From IMG/VR virus record IMGVR_UViG_3300045988_039851: a DNA stretch of 58,579 bases. One strand, given 5' to 3'. Position numbers and translations under genes: made by a program. Position 1 is the stretch's first letter. Every line of letters starts with the position of its first letter. The notes beneath the pieces were generated by a model. The model saw only the letters and a program-made list of their open reading frames with translations, was not told the DNA's origin and ran no database searches. Source of the DNA: a virus. Positions 35,740 through 44,147 of this stretch are shown here, one piece after another.

Positions 35740-36015
35740 TCACGGAATATGAGTTGCTTTGTCAACGGGCTTTTCCATTTCCTTCATAATCCGCTTATGT
35801 TCTTCCACTGTCATGTTGTTCGGGTAGAATCGCTTGTCCACCAGTTCAAACGGTTGCATATAGTGGTCAAGAACATCTCGTGCTTCTTTTCGTGCTTTTT
35901 CTGCACACATTTCGATGTATTCATCTTCGGTCATGTTGTAATCGGCAATGCAATCTACAACCGAAGAAAACCTGCACAACAGGCCATTAGGCTGTCTTGC
36001 AATAAAAGCTCCCAT
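35740..36015 (-). CDS. Hypothetical protein
   Basis: 91-aa ORF. Confidence 0.5.
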   Translation of the reverse strand: MGAFIARQPNGLLCRFSSVVDCIADYNMTEDEYIEMCAEKARKEARDVLDHYMQPFELVDKRFYPNNMTVEEHKRIMKEMEKPVDKATHIP

Positions 36016-36231
36016 TTATCTTTCACCTCTAAATTCGCTTCCGAGAAACCGTTTCTTGCCTTTTTCCCGGTGCTTGTCCTCATAATCACGGTGGTACACG
36101 CTCTGGCTGTGGTTCAGCTCATACACGAATGCCTTGCGCTCCTCGAAGTCTTTCTTCTCTGCCTTGTACTTCTCGCAGGTGTCGTGACAGGCTTGGTGGC
36201 GCGATGTGCAGTTGAGGCAACAGGTAATCAT
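36016..36231 (-). CDS. Cys-rich hypothetical protein
   Basis: 71-aa ORF. Confidence 0.5.
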   Translation of the reverse strand: MITCCLNCTSRHQACHDTCEKYKAEKKDFEERKAFVYELNHSQSVYHRDYEDKHREKGKKRFLGSEFRGER

Positions 36232-36284
36232 CTTTCCAAACGCCCGTCCAGCCAGATAGCGCAGCTCTTATATAAGGTAGGCGG

Positions 36285-36584
36285 TCAGTCTGCTTGTGGG
36301 AATCTTTTCAATTCTTCTTTCAAGCATATATTGTCGCTAATATCCAGTGTTCCGTCGTTACTGCTTGTGAGAAAATCGAGAAGAGCTTCCCTCGCTCGGC
36401 ATCTGTCTAAAACGTCATCAACGCACTCTCCGTTGTATTCGCCAATGCAGAAAAGTTCATTTTCGCAATCGCTCATTTTGACCGTAATGCAAGACGAGAA
36501 ATCTTCTTTTAGTTTGGGAAAAATAATTCTCGTAATTGCATCTGCGTTGAGGTAGCACCCATTGGTAGTCCGAATCAGTTTCAT
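36285..36584 (-). CDS. Hypothetical protein
   Basis: 99-aa ORF. Confidence 0.5.
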   Translation of the reverse strand: MKLIRTTNGCYLNADAITRIIFPKLKEDFSSCITVKMSDCENELFCIGEYNGECVDDVLDRCRAREALLDFLTSSNDGTLDISDNICLKEELKRFPQAD

Positions 36585-36628
36585 TCTTTTATCTCTTCTT
36601 CTTGAAATATTACGTTGATTCGCTATTT

Positions 36629-37192
36629 TCAGAACGGTAAATCATCTGTGTTGCCCTCAATTACGGCGAAATCGCCAGTATCAGGAGCGGAGCCAGACCC
36701 GCCAGCCAGCGTTTTCTTTGGCCTGACCTCATAATCGCCGGAACGAATCTTGTCCACGCTGGTAAAGCGGTCAACGACCAGCTTTGTTTTGATGTTGCCA
36801 TCGTTGCCCATGTACTCTTCCTCACGAAGAACCACGCCGACCAGCTTGCCACGCAGGGTCTTTTCATCGTTGTTGAACTTATAGCCGGGATTGGACTGCT
36901 CCACAGCGGTGATAAATCCCTTGAAGAACGGCAGCGCCTTTTCCTTGTAGCTCTTGATGGTCTTGCCGCCCCATGCCCATTCGCCCGGATTCAGCTTGCC
37001 ACGCTCGATGAGGGAAGCAGTCTGCTCACGCCAGTAACCCTTGAACTCGCCCTCTGCGACTTCCCACTCGATGTTCAGGCGCTCCTTTGCGGGTTCGTCC
37101 GTTGACTTGCAGATACCGGCAACATAGCCGCCAACAGGCAGGTCGCGGCGTTCGGTGGCTTCCTGCACGTCATTCCAGTTGATGTTCTTCAT
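36629..37192 (-). CDS. DUF669-like (SSB-like partner of Sak4-type ATPases) protein
   Basis: 187 aa directly downstream of the AAA ATPase, with an acidic C-terminal tail ending DDLPF. Confidence 0.55.
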   Translation of the reverse strand: MKNINWNDVQEATERRDLPVGGYVAGICKSTDEPAKERLNIEWEVAEGEFKGYWREQTASLIERGKLNPGEWAWGGKTIKSYKEKALPFFKGFITAVEQSNPGYKFNNDEKTLRGKLVGVVLREEEYMGNDGNIKTKLVVDRFTSVDKIRSGDYEVRPKKTLAGGSGSAPDTGDFAVIEGNTDDLPF

Positions 37193-37195
37193 CTG

Positions 37196-37828
37196 TTACT
37201 CTCCTTTGTTATCCGGCTGAACCGGGATGTTGTAATACTCACGAATGGTCTTGTCTACGGCAGCGAGGTCGTTCTCGATTAGCGCATCGTTAAACATCCC
37301 AAGAGGGGTTTTCACGGTGTCCATCCCATCATTGCGAGTGCTGAACAGGTATCGCCCATCCTGTACAACGGTTTTCAGGACGATGGTGAAGTACCCCTCC
37401 ACGCAGACCTTCTCGTCCAGCAGCTTGCCGATGGTCTTGAACTTCTCGCCACCGTCTCCGTCACGCTCGCTGTGTCCGAAAAAGTAGACCACCACATCGT
37501 CCGGCAGCTCCTTTGCCCGCATCAGCAGAGCGTTGAAGTTGGCTGCCATGTCGGTGAACTTCTGGTATCCGGCGACCTTTGCGTTCCGCATGAACTCGCC
37601 GGTCATAAGATAGGTGACATCGTCAATGACGATTGACTTACGCTTGGTGCTGTGGATTGCAGCGTCAATCTTGCCGTAGTCGTTGGTGATATAAGTTTTC
37701 ATGTTGCTGCGGAACGGCAGCGGCTTTCCAAGCACGTTGATAATCGCAACCTGTTCCGGGTCAAAGTTCCGAAGCGAAGCGGATTTACCGCTGCCGGAGT
37801 GACCGTAGACCATTACTAATACTGCCAT
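37196..37828 (-). CDS. AAA_24 / Sak4-like recombination ATPase
   Basis: Walker A VYGHSGSGKSAS at the N-terminus; Walker B-like SIVIDDVTY. Confidence 0.7.
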   Translation of the reverse strand: MAVLVMVYGHSGSGKSASLRNFDPEQVAIINVLGKPLPFRSNMKTYITNDYGKIDAAIHSTKRKSIVIDDVTYLMTGEFMRNAKVAGYQKFTDMAANFNALLMRAKELPDDVVVYFFGHSERDGDGGEKFKTIGKLLDEKVCVEGYFTIVLKTVVQDGRYLFSTRNDGMDTVKTPLGMFNDALIENDLAAVDKTIREYYNIPVQPDNKGE

Positions 37829-37897
37829 TTTTCTTTCCTTTCTTCGGCTTCATTAGGCTTCATTGTTCTTACTTTGGCTTAATATGGCTGTGCAAAA

Positions 37898-38092
37898 TCA
37901 ACCAGCCATCAGTTCTGCCAACTGTGCACGGAGGTCTTTCAGTTCTGCTTCCCTGTCCTCGATTTCAGACTGCAAGTCCTCAATCTCAGCCAGCCGGTCA
38001 GCTTCTTTTGCCTTCGCCACCTGCTCGTTGGTCATAAAGTACACGCCGTCCTCCGGCTCTGTCACGCCACCAAATCTGTCAAGGCTAATCAT
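37898..38092 (-). CDS. Small coiled-coil protein
   Basis: ATG at 38092 follows AGAGAGGA (M50 of track ORF 37898-38239). Confidence 0.45.
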   Translation of the reverse strand: MISLDRFGGVTEPEDGVYFMTNEQVAKAKEADRLAEIEDLQSEIEDREAELKDLRAQLAELMAG

Positions 38093-38279
38093 CTTTTGGC
38101 CGTCCTCTCTTTCGCTCCTCTTTGATTTGCAACGCACTGTACCACTGGTCTTTGTCAATTTCGATGGTAGACCACCGATGGTTACAGGCAAGACACTTTT
38201 TCCTGCGAACGATGCTGTCGTGGTCAGACCGGCTATCAACCGTTGTGATGTTGTCGCTACCGCACATCGGGCATTTCAT
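38085..38279 (-). CDS. Zinc-ribbon protein (NrdR-N-terminal-like)
   Basis: MKCPMCGSDNITTVDSR..KCLACNHRW. ATGA overlap with the upstream stop. Confidence 0.5.
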   Translation of the reverse strand: MKCPMCGSDNITTVDSRSDHDSIVRRKKCLACNHRWSTIEIDKDQWYSALQIKEERKRGRPKDD

Positions 38280-38551
38280 CGTGCATCCCTCCACTCGCTG
38301 GTGTGGTGAGGAATGCGTTTTACTTTGCGATTTTCCTGTTCAATACGTTCATTTTCAGAGCTGACCCCAATGGCACACAAGACGAGTGCTGCGGCGAGGA
38401 AGCTACACGAAAGGAAAACGTATCCAAACATTGCTACTGTGCTCTGACTTTTCTGGATTGCATCGCCGCATCCTACCGAAAAGATTGCTAACGCGATTCC
38501 AAGCGTACAAAGGACATTAGCTTTCAGGCTTTTCACTCTTATTACCTCCAA
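38276..38551 (-). CDS. Membrane protein
   Basis: 91 aa with two or three hydrophobic helices. Confidence 0.5.
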   Translation of the reverse strand: MEVIRVKSLKANVLCTLGIALAIFSVGCGDAIQKSQSTVAMFGYVFLSCSFLAAALVLCAIGVSSENERIEQENRKVKRIPHHTSEWRDAR

Positions 38552-38726
38552 AACTCAGTATCCATGCCGTAGCCATCGCCACAGACGCCGCGATGATTCC
38601 ACGGGCAGCTGATGCACCTACCAGAATTCCGATGTGATGCACCATCCAGAAGTTCAACAGAAATACCGCCAAAACCACCGCCAGTGCTATGCCCCACATC
38701 AGGGCAACTTCAATAAATGCTTTCAT
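38517..38726 (-). CDS. Membrane protein
   Basis: ATG at 38726 follows AAAGGAG. Confidence 0.5.
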   Translation of the reverse strand: MKAFIEVALMWGIALAVVLAVFLLNFWMVHHIGILVGASAARGIIAASVAMATAWILSFGGNKSEKPES

Positions 38727-38750
38727 CTTGTCTCCTTTCGTTTTTCGCCA

Positions 38751-39042
38751 TTGCAAATCACGGCTATACCATGCTTTGCCTTTGCTTTTCTGCTCCTAGC
38801 TGCTCAATGCCTTAGCCTATCGTTTCTATTCTTTGCCATTGCTTATCAAAGCTACGCCTTGCATCCATAGCCTTTGCTGCGCCGCTCGTGTCGGTTCCAT
38901 GCGATTCCATTGCTCGTCTGAGCCTTGCTCCGCCATGCCTTTGCAGATCCAATCAAATCAGCGCATCGCCGTTGCCGCTCAAGTCGCTTCGTCTCCAAGC
39001 GTTGCCTTAGCATTTCTGAGCCAATCGTCACTATTCCGTTGC
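38751..39042 (+). repeat. ORF-free tract with 13 same-strand TTGC-core boxes (CCATTGC, GCCTTTGC, GCCTTGC, CGTTGCC)
   Basis: TTGC starts at 38751, 38776, 38782, 38833, 38839, 38859, 38874, 38910, 38925, 38941, 38972, 39002 and 39039. Confidence 0.7.
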
Positions 39043-39085
39043 CGTTCCACACCTAGTGCAGCACAGCCTTACCCTGCCATAGCGG

Positions 39086-39709
39086 TTAATTGAGGATTTC
39101 GTAGGTATAACGGCCTTTGCCGCTGTTGCGCCACTGACCGATGCCACGCAGAGCACCGTAGTCCAGCCACTCACGCACGACCTTCTCGTGAGAATCGTCC
39201 AGAAGAACGATTTCAAACTCGCAAGTCGAGCCAGCGGGAATCTGCTCGCTGTTGGCAAGGCTTACACGTTCACCCTGTGCAGTCTGGGCGCGGAGAGGGC
39301 GCTGGCACTCGGTAATCTCACCGTTCACATGAATGGGAATCATGCGGGGCTGAACGAAAATCAGACCATCAATGACCTTCTTGTAGGCCGTCAACTTGCC
39401 GCTTTCGTTCACGGCCTTCTTCTTGCCAGTTTCGGTTTTGCCACCGATACGACCCAGCATACCGCAAGAATCCTTGAAGAAGCCCTTGATTTGGTAGTCA
39501 TACAGGATGGGTTTGCCGTTCTCGTTGCGAGGGAACACGGTCATGCCCTTATCTGCCACAGCATCAGCGCCAAGAGCAGCAACTTCGTCCTCGATAGTGC
39601 TTGCGTCCGGGGACTTGCTGGCAATGAACTCTCGCGCAATGTTCTGGTTGCTAGGCCAAGTGCCGAGAACCGCTTCGGTGAATGTGATTCTGACTTTGAT
39701 TTTTTTCAT
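39086..39709 (-). CDS. Hypothetical protein with RAMP-like motifs
   Basis: 207 aa with GKPILYDYQIKGFFKD and a C-terminal Gly-rich GIGQWRNSGKGRY. Confidence 0.6.
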   Translation of the reverse strand: MKKIKVRITFTEAVLGTWPSNQNIAREFIASKSPDASTIEDEVAALGADAVADKGMTVFPRNENGKPILYDYQIKGFFKDSCGMLGRIGGKTETGKKKAVNESGKLTAYKKVIDGLIFVQPRMIPIHVNGEITECQRPLRAQTAQGERVSLANSEQIPAGSTCEFEIVLLDDSHEKVVREWLDYGALRGIGQWRNSGKGRYTYEILN

Positions 39710-39899
39710 TTTTGCTCACTCTTTCTTTCTCGATATGTTCCAGTCTTAAAGATTCACGCTTTTGCCAGCGCTTCTTCCACGGACTGCTTTTGTTGAAGTT
39801 GCTTATTGCTTTCTTCATCGTTTGCCATCCTCCGCTTGCGTTGGATGTGTTCCAGCCGCTCTTTCTCCCGGATGTGCCAGTGGATTTCACGTTGGCCAT
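39651..39899 (-). CDS. Very basic Trp-containing ORF (doubtful)
   Basis: 82 aa. It starts 5 nt after the upstream stop without a clear RBS and overlaps the next gene by 59 nt. Confidence 0.3.
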   Translation of the reverse strand: MANVKSTGTSGRKSGWNTSNASGGWQTMKKAISNFNKSSPWKKRWQKRESLRLEHIEKERVSKNEKNQSQNHIHRSGSRHLA

Positions 39900-39904
39900 A
39901 ATAC

Positions 39905-40345
39905 TTACCGTTCATCAGGAGGGCCTACCTTTCCCTGTGCAAGCAAAGTACTGTAATGGCCGTAGCTTATTCCAAGCTCTTTTGCTTTATCGTTCATCTG
40001 TTTGATGGTGTACTTTGGCTTAGGCTTTTCTTGTGTCTGGTTTCCTTCCGGTCTGGCCTTGCGGGTGGGAGACTTGATATAATCCGAATGTTCTTTCCAC
40101 CACTTGGCCATCTGCCTACGCTTTACTATATTTGCGCATTTTTGGTGATATTTTTGATGCTCATACAGCTTGCGCATTGGCTTTTTACACCACTCGCAAG
40201 GAACGACGCCATATGGAGCGCGTCGCGCTGCTTGGTTTTCCTTTTTAACTAATATTGCGCATTCTTTGCAATACCGTTTTGTCTTGATGACTTCGCCGAG
40301 AGGCACTCCGCAGCGTTCGCAGCTCTTAACCTCCATCTGACTCAC
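39905..40345 (-). CDS. Zinc-finger hypothetical protein
   Basis: 146 aa with CERCG..CKEC and CEWC..HQKC. Confidence 0.55.
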   Translation of the reverse strand: MSQMEVKSCERCGVPLGEVIKTKRYCKECAILVKKENQAARRAPYGVVPCEWCKKPMRKLYEHQKYHQKCANIVKRRQMAKWWKEHSDYIKSPTRKARPEGNQTQEKPKPKYTIKQMNDKAKELGISYGHYSTLLAQGKVGPPDER

Positions 40346-40571
40346 TTGCCTTTCTCAAGACTCTTTCGTTGTGTTCGGAAAAGCACTGGTCGAGAAACTG
40401 GATGAACTTTGCGATTTTCTCTGCGTCTTCCGGAGTACAACCGTTCTCCACAAAGCGCCTTACCGATTGCTCACGCTTAAAGTCCGAGTAGCTCTTGGCC
40501 GCAACGTCGATGGCGAACTTGGCTTCTTCCGGGTATTCAAGGTCTACCTTTAAGGTGATAATCTGTTCCAT
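40326..40571 (-). CDS. Hypothetical protein
   Basis: 81-aa ORF. Confidence 0.5.
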   Translation of the reverse strand: MEQIITLKVDLEYPEEAKFAIDVAAKSYSDFKREQSVRRFVENGCTPEDAEKIAKFIQFLDQCFSEHNERVLRKASESDGG

Positions 40572-40573
40572 GT

Positions 40574-41332
40574 TCAGCCCTCCGCTTTCTGGTTCTTCTC
40601 TACTTTCAAGAAGGGGTTTACAAAGTAGACTTGGCCGCGACCGGAAATCTTCGGAGTGCGGTTGATAGAAATGTGGTCGCTGTGCTGAATCGTGGTCTCT
40701 TTGATTTCAAACAGCCCCATCTCCATACTCCGCTGTGTAGGCAAGTTGTAATCGCTACGTTTCGGGTCTTTGATGAGATAGCCATTCCGGCGTAGCCAGT
40801 CAAACAAGCGGTTCTGACCGATGTTAATGCCGTTCTGAGATAGCAACTTTGCCATTTCACCAACCAAAATGCTCTTTTTGCTAGCACTCACGGCATCTGC
40901 AAAAAGCGCTTTCGGTTTCATGGTTTCAATCTGCTTGTCCTTCTGTTCCAGTTCCTCATGCGCTGCGATCAGTGCAGTTGCAAGGAGTTGCGACCGGGTA
41001 AGCTGCGGCTTTTCGGCCAGCTTCTTTTCCATTTCGTTGAACGCTGCAATGTACTTCAGTTTCCATTCGAGAGCAGCCTTGCCATTGAAGCCCATTGCCA
41101 ACAGTGTAAAGCCGTCACGGTTCATCAGATACATGGGGTAGCTCTGGCCGTTCTGCTCATGGACGTACTCGGTCTTGTAGAACATGGGGGTGTCCCCATT
41201 TTTGGGGAGACCCCTCATAATGTCTTCGATGTCACGCATCACATGGTCATGACGCTTCTCAAAGCTCTCTGCAATCTGACGGCTGGAAACCACAGGCTCG
41301 CCATTCTGCATAGATAAGATAATGTCGTTCAT
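40574..41332 (-). CDS. Rha-family phage regulatory protein / antirepressor-like
   Basis: N-terminus VVSSRQIAESFEKRHDHVMRDIEDI. Confidence 0.75.
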   Translation of the reverse strand: MNDIILSMQNGEPVVSSRQIAESFEKRHDHVMRDIEDIMRGLPKNGDTPMFYKTEYVHEQNGQSYPMYLMNRDGFTLLAMGFNGKAALEWKLKYIAAFNEMEKKLAEKPQLTRSQLLATALIAAHEELEQKDKQIETMKPKALFADAVSASKKSILVGEMAKLLSQNGINIGQNRLFDWLRRNGYLIKDPKRSDYNLPTQRSMEMGLFEIKETTIQHSDHISINRTPKISGRGQVYFVNPFLKVEKNQKAEG

Positions 41333-41352
41333 TTTTAACCCTTTCTTATGAT

Positions 41353-41580
41353 TTACTGCTTATCTCTTACAAGAAGAGCATCCACCGACACGCGGAAGTA
41401 ATCAGCGACTTTCACAAGCTGTCGAACGCTCGGCCCATTTGCGGAGCGTTCCCACTTGCCCAGTGCGCCGTTGCTCAAACCAGCAGCTACTTCCAAGTCA
41501 GTACGAGACAGACCATGCAACTTGCGAAACTCGTCGATTTTAGAAAGATTCACTAGCCATTCTCCTTTCTGGGCTTGCAT
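41353..41580 (-). CDS. Cro-like XRE HTH regulator (first gene of the early operon)
   Basis: 75 aa with LHGLSRTDLEVAAGLSNGALGKWE. Divergent from the 41781 HTH gene. Confidence 0.75.
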   Translation of the reverse strand: MQAQKGEWLVNLSKIDEFRKLHGLSRTDLEVAAGLSNGALGKWERSANGPSVRQLVKVADYFRVSVDALLVRDKQ

Positions 41581-41780
41581 TTTACTAGAAAATATGCTAC
41601 TATGTAGTTGCGAGGTACAAAGTGAACATTTTCCAGCGACTTCCCGATAGATTTTTCAGGGGTCTTGGTTTTTGTTTGCCCTGTGCTTCATATTATACTA
41701 GCCAAGTGGCTATTTTTCAATAGTCAATCTTCAATTCCGTGAACATTTGGCTATTTGCACAAAAAGAGAGGTCTTTTTCT

Positions 41781-42101
41781 ATGCGCAATGTGGAGCGAGC
41801 TAAGAAAATCGCTGCCAATAAAGGTGTGAATATATCCTTTGTGTGCAGAGAAATCGGAAAAAGCAGGGGTTATATCTCTCAAATGCTGACTACCGACAGA
41901 GATTTTCCAGATGAAATGCTTTTGCCAGTAGCCAACACACTAGGTGTTACGGTTGAGGAACTCACTGGCGTCCAAAAAGAAAACCCGCCCCAGCAGCCGC
42001 AAAGTGAAGTCGATGCAGCAGTGGAGCGGATTAGAAAAAAACTTGAATCTATGCCGAAGGAACAGCGTGAAGCGCTGATGAACTTAATCGAGAAGATGTG
42101 A
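41781..42101 (+). CDS. XRE-family HTH repressor-like protein
   Basis: ATG at 41781 follows AGAGAGG. Motif KGVNISFVCREIGKSRGYISQM. Confidence 0.7.
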   Translation: MRNVERAKKIAANKGVNISFVCREIGKSRGYISQMLTTDRDFPDEMLLPVANTLGVTVEELTGVQKENPPQQPQSEVDAAVERIRKKLESMPKEQREALMNLIEKM

Positions 42102-42120
42102 CGTTCATGCCCGGTAAAAT

Positions 42121-42168
42121 AAAAACCCCTTGTGCCGGGCTGGTGTAGCTCTGCGCAAGGGGTTTTCT
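42121..42168. terminator. Bidirectional rho-independent terminator
   Basis: AAAAACCCCTTG..CAAGGGGTTTT between convergent genes. Confidence 0.75.
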
Positions 42169-42169
42169 G

Positions 42170-42271
42170 TTACTTTAGGTCTAGCGCTTGTTCTGCTACT
42201 GGAATCTTTTCTGGGTGTTCCAGCAACCATGTGATAAACTGGTCAATCTTGGCTCTTTCCTGCTCGCTCAT
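42170..42271 (-). CDS. Tiny hypothetical protein (33 aa)
   Basis: ATG follows GGGAGGATA; translated by hand (MSEQERAKIDQFITWLLEHPEK..). Confidence 0.4.
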   Translation of the reverse strand: MSEQERAKIDQFITWLLEHPEKIPVAEQALDLK

Positions 42272-42473
42272 TGTGGCATATCCTCCCGATCAGTAAGTGC
42301 GGATGTTTGTTTGAGTCCATTTTACATCATTTTATTGTAAGTTCAAGGTATTTTTAACAACTAGTTGGAAAATAGTGCAAAAATGCTCAATTTTCTGTGC
42401 ATCCACAACTTCCGTCTGGAAACCCATGAGCGTTTAAGTCAAAAGGGACAGCGCCTATCCATCTTTCCTCCAA

Positions 42474-42680
42474 TCACAGCTCTACGAGCTGTCCGTCAAT
42501 GTTTTCGATGCTATCTGCCGGGTCTCGTCCATCGTCTAAGGCGGCTGCGGCACGTTCTAGGATGCCTTTCGCTTCGAGGTAAGCATCTTTATCAGCTTCG
42601 TACCCCGAAAGGCTCAGGACAAGCTCCAGCGTCCGTCTGCGAGCGTATGGGATAATCAGAGTATCTACAGTTCGGTTCAT
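42474..42680 (-). CDS. Hypothetical protein (68 aa), second gene of a two-gene cassette
   Basis: ATG at 42680 in a TAATG overlap with the upstream 36-aa ORF. Confidence 0.5.
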   Translation of the reverse strand: MNRTVDTLIIPYARRRTLELVLSLSGYEADKDAYLEAKGILERAAAALDDGRDPADSIENIDGQLVEL

Positions 42681-42790
42681 TAGCTTTCCTCCCACGGTTC
42701 AGGTGTGTGTGGCTTCCCATCGGGAACGCTGGCAGGCATTCCGTCGATGATTAGCATACGTTCATGGTTCCAGATTACAGTTTCTTTCAT
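42680..42790 (-). CDS. Tiny hypothetical protein (36 aa), first gene of a two-gene cassette
   Basis: ATG follows AGAAAGGAAA; translated by hand (MKETVIWNHERMLIIDGMPASVPDGKPHTPEPWEES). Confidence 0.4.
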   Translation of the reverse strand: MKETVIWNHERMLIIDGMPASVPDGKPHTPEPWEES

Positions 42791-42843
42791 TTTGCATTTC
42801 CTTTCTCTTTGGAAATTTTTGACAATACAGTTATACCACATCT

Positions 42844-42864
42844 CGCTGTTTCAATGAAACAGCG
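42844..42864. promoter_or_regulatory. Perfect 21-bp palindrome CGCTGTTTCAATGAAACAGCG (operator candidate)
   Basis: Read directly in the divergent intergenic region. A half-site TTGTTTCAC lies about 15 bp downstream. Confidence 0.6.
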
Positions 42865-42952
42865 AATTTTTTTAATTATTGTTTCACATTTTGAACAATA
42901 TATCAGTTAAATTTCTTTGATTTTATATCATTTTGTCGAAAGAGGGGTATTT

Positions 42953-43546
42953 ATGGATGATTATAGGATACGAGTGGCAAAAGCGTTAGAGATGGCAAGA
43001 GCAGAATCCGGACTTAGCCAACAGAAGCTTGCAGACAAAATGGGTATAGGCCGAACATCCATTTTTCGTTACGAGCAAGGGACAATGACCCCAGATGCTC
43101 CTACTATCATAAAGTGGTTCGTGTGCTGCGGTGTTGCGGCCAAACCGTACATAGACACCTGTTTGCATCCCGGATTATTGGAAAGTCTGGCTGGCGATGC
43201 CAGCACCGAGAGAAAGAGAGATACGCTGATAGAGCATATCAAAGAAGCCCATCCGCAAGAAATCGACCTGCTGTGCTATCTGATCTACGGCAATCACGGC
43301 TCAGATTACCTTGCCGTTCTGTGCGAAATGGTAGCCAACCTTCACACGACTTTGCGTGATCGTGTGTCCGTCTGCCGCACCGTCACAGGACATTATGAGA
43401 TGGCACAGGCCACCAAAACCGACCCAGACCCAGACGGAACACAGCCTAATATGCAGATTTTATATCAGGCACAGGACTGTGGGGAAGCTTCGGCCATGAA
43501 GCGAAACGATTCTTATACCATCAACGAAGAAAACATTTTGCGCTGA
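42953..43546 (+). CDS. XRE-family HTH regulator with a C-terminal domain
   Basis: ATG at 42953 follows AGAGGGG. Motif SGLSQQKLADKMGIGRTSIFRYEQG. Confidence 0.7.
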   Translation: MDDYRIRVAKALEMARAESGLSQQKLADKMGIGRTSIFRYEQGTMTPDAPTIIKWFVCCGVAAKPYIDTCLHPGLLESLAGDASTERKRDTLIEHIKEAHPQEIDLLCYLIYGNHGSDYLAVLCEMVANLHTTLRDRVSVCRTVTGHYEMAQATKTDPDPDGTQPNMQILYQAQDCGEASAMKRNDSYTINEENILR

Positions 43547-43587
43547 TTGTCGAATTATCGAAGTTTTTACGGTATACAGGGGGACGT

Positions 43588-43605
43588 GTTCCACTTTTTG
43601 TACAC
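43588..43605 (-). repeat. Inverted copy of the Rep iteron
   Basis: The reverse complement reads GTGTACAAAAAGTGGAAC. Confidence 0.75.
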
Positions 43606-43759
43606 AATAGACCTGTTATAAATATAGTTTTGGGTTGTCATTTTGTCCCCCATAGAATCGTAAATAGTGGATTTTTGCGGATGTAATTAACGAACTCGCG
43701 TGAAATTTTCGTTCACCAAAGGGTGACTTGTCAATTCGTCCCCTATTGGTGTGATTGCA

Positions 43760-43776
43760 CTCCATTTTCTGTACAC
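43760..43776 (-). repeat. Inverted copy of the Rep iteron (degenerate)
   Basis: The reverse complement reads GTGTACAGAAAATGGAG. Confidence 0.65.
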
Positions 43777-43913
43777 GATAGAACCGTCAGGTAGGTTATA
43801 GGGCTTGATGGACGTTTCTTATTCAGCAAAAGAAGTTGTCGTTTTCCACAATCTGCCCGTTGAAGAAAAGAAATTGTTGAAAATGTATCGTCGTCACTAT
43901 TTGATGATGATTA

Positions 43914-43948
43914 TTTATCTCTTGTTTATCTCTTGTTTATATATATAG
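43914..43948. repeat. AT-rich tandem TTTATCTCTTG x2 plus TATATATA (candidate unwinding element)
   Basis: Read directly, immediately upstream of the iterons. A DnaA-box-like TTTTCCACA lies at 43842-50. Confidence 0.55.
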
Positions 43949-43955
43949 TAAGAAC

Positions 43956-44058
43956 GTGTACAAAAAGTGGAGCATTGTGTACATAAAGTGGAGGAACGTG
44001 TACAAGAAGTGGAGGGTATCGTGTACAAAAAGTGGAGCATCGTGTACAGAATGTGGAA
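43956..44058 (+). repeat. Five direct iterons GTGTACAnnAnGTGGAG (plasmid-type origin)
   Basis: Iterons start at 43956, 43977, 43998, 44021 and 44042 (spacings 21, 21, 23, 21). Confidence 0.85.
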
Positions 44059-44080
44059 GTCGATTGTTAAAAAAATAATT

Positions 44081-44122
44081 GTGTACAGAATCATTGACGT
44101 GTACACGATACAGTGGTATAAT
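44081..44122 (+). promoter_or_regulatory. rep promoter region with two partial iterons and a TATAAT
   Basis: GTGTAC at 44081 and 44099; TATAAT at 44117-22, 25 nt upstream of the rep ATG. Confidence 0.55.
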
Positions 44123-44147
44123 AGGGTAGAAGAAATGAGGTGATGCA

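Noticed and set aside
38757-39085. CsrA/RsmA-type sponge RNA (many GGA motifs on the transcribed strand)
   Set aside because: I counted 9 GGA in 329 nt against about 5 expected by chance. They are not consistently placed in hairpin loops. The real enrichment is the TTGC/GCAA core, not GGA.
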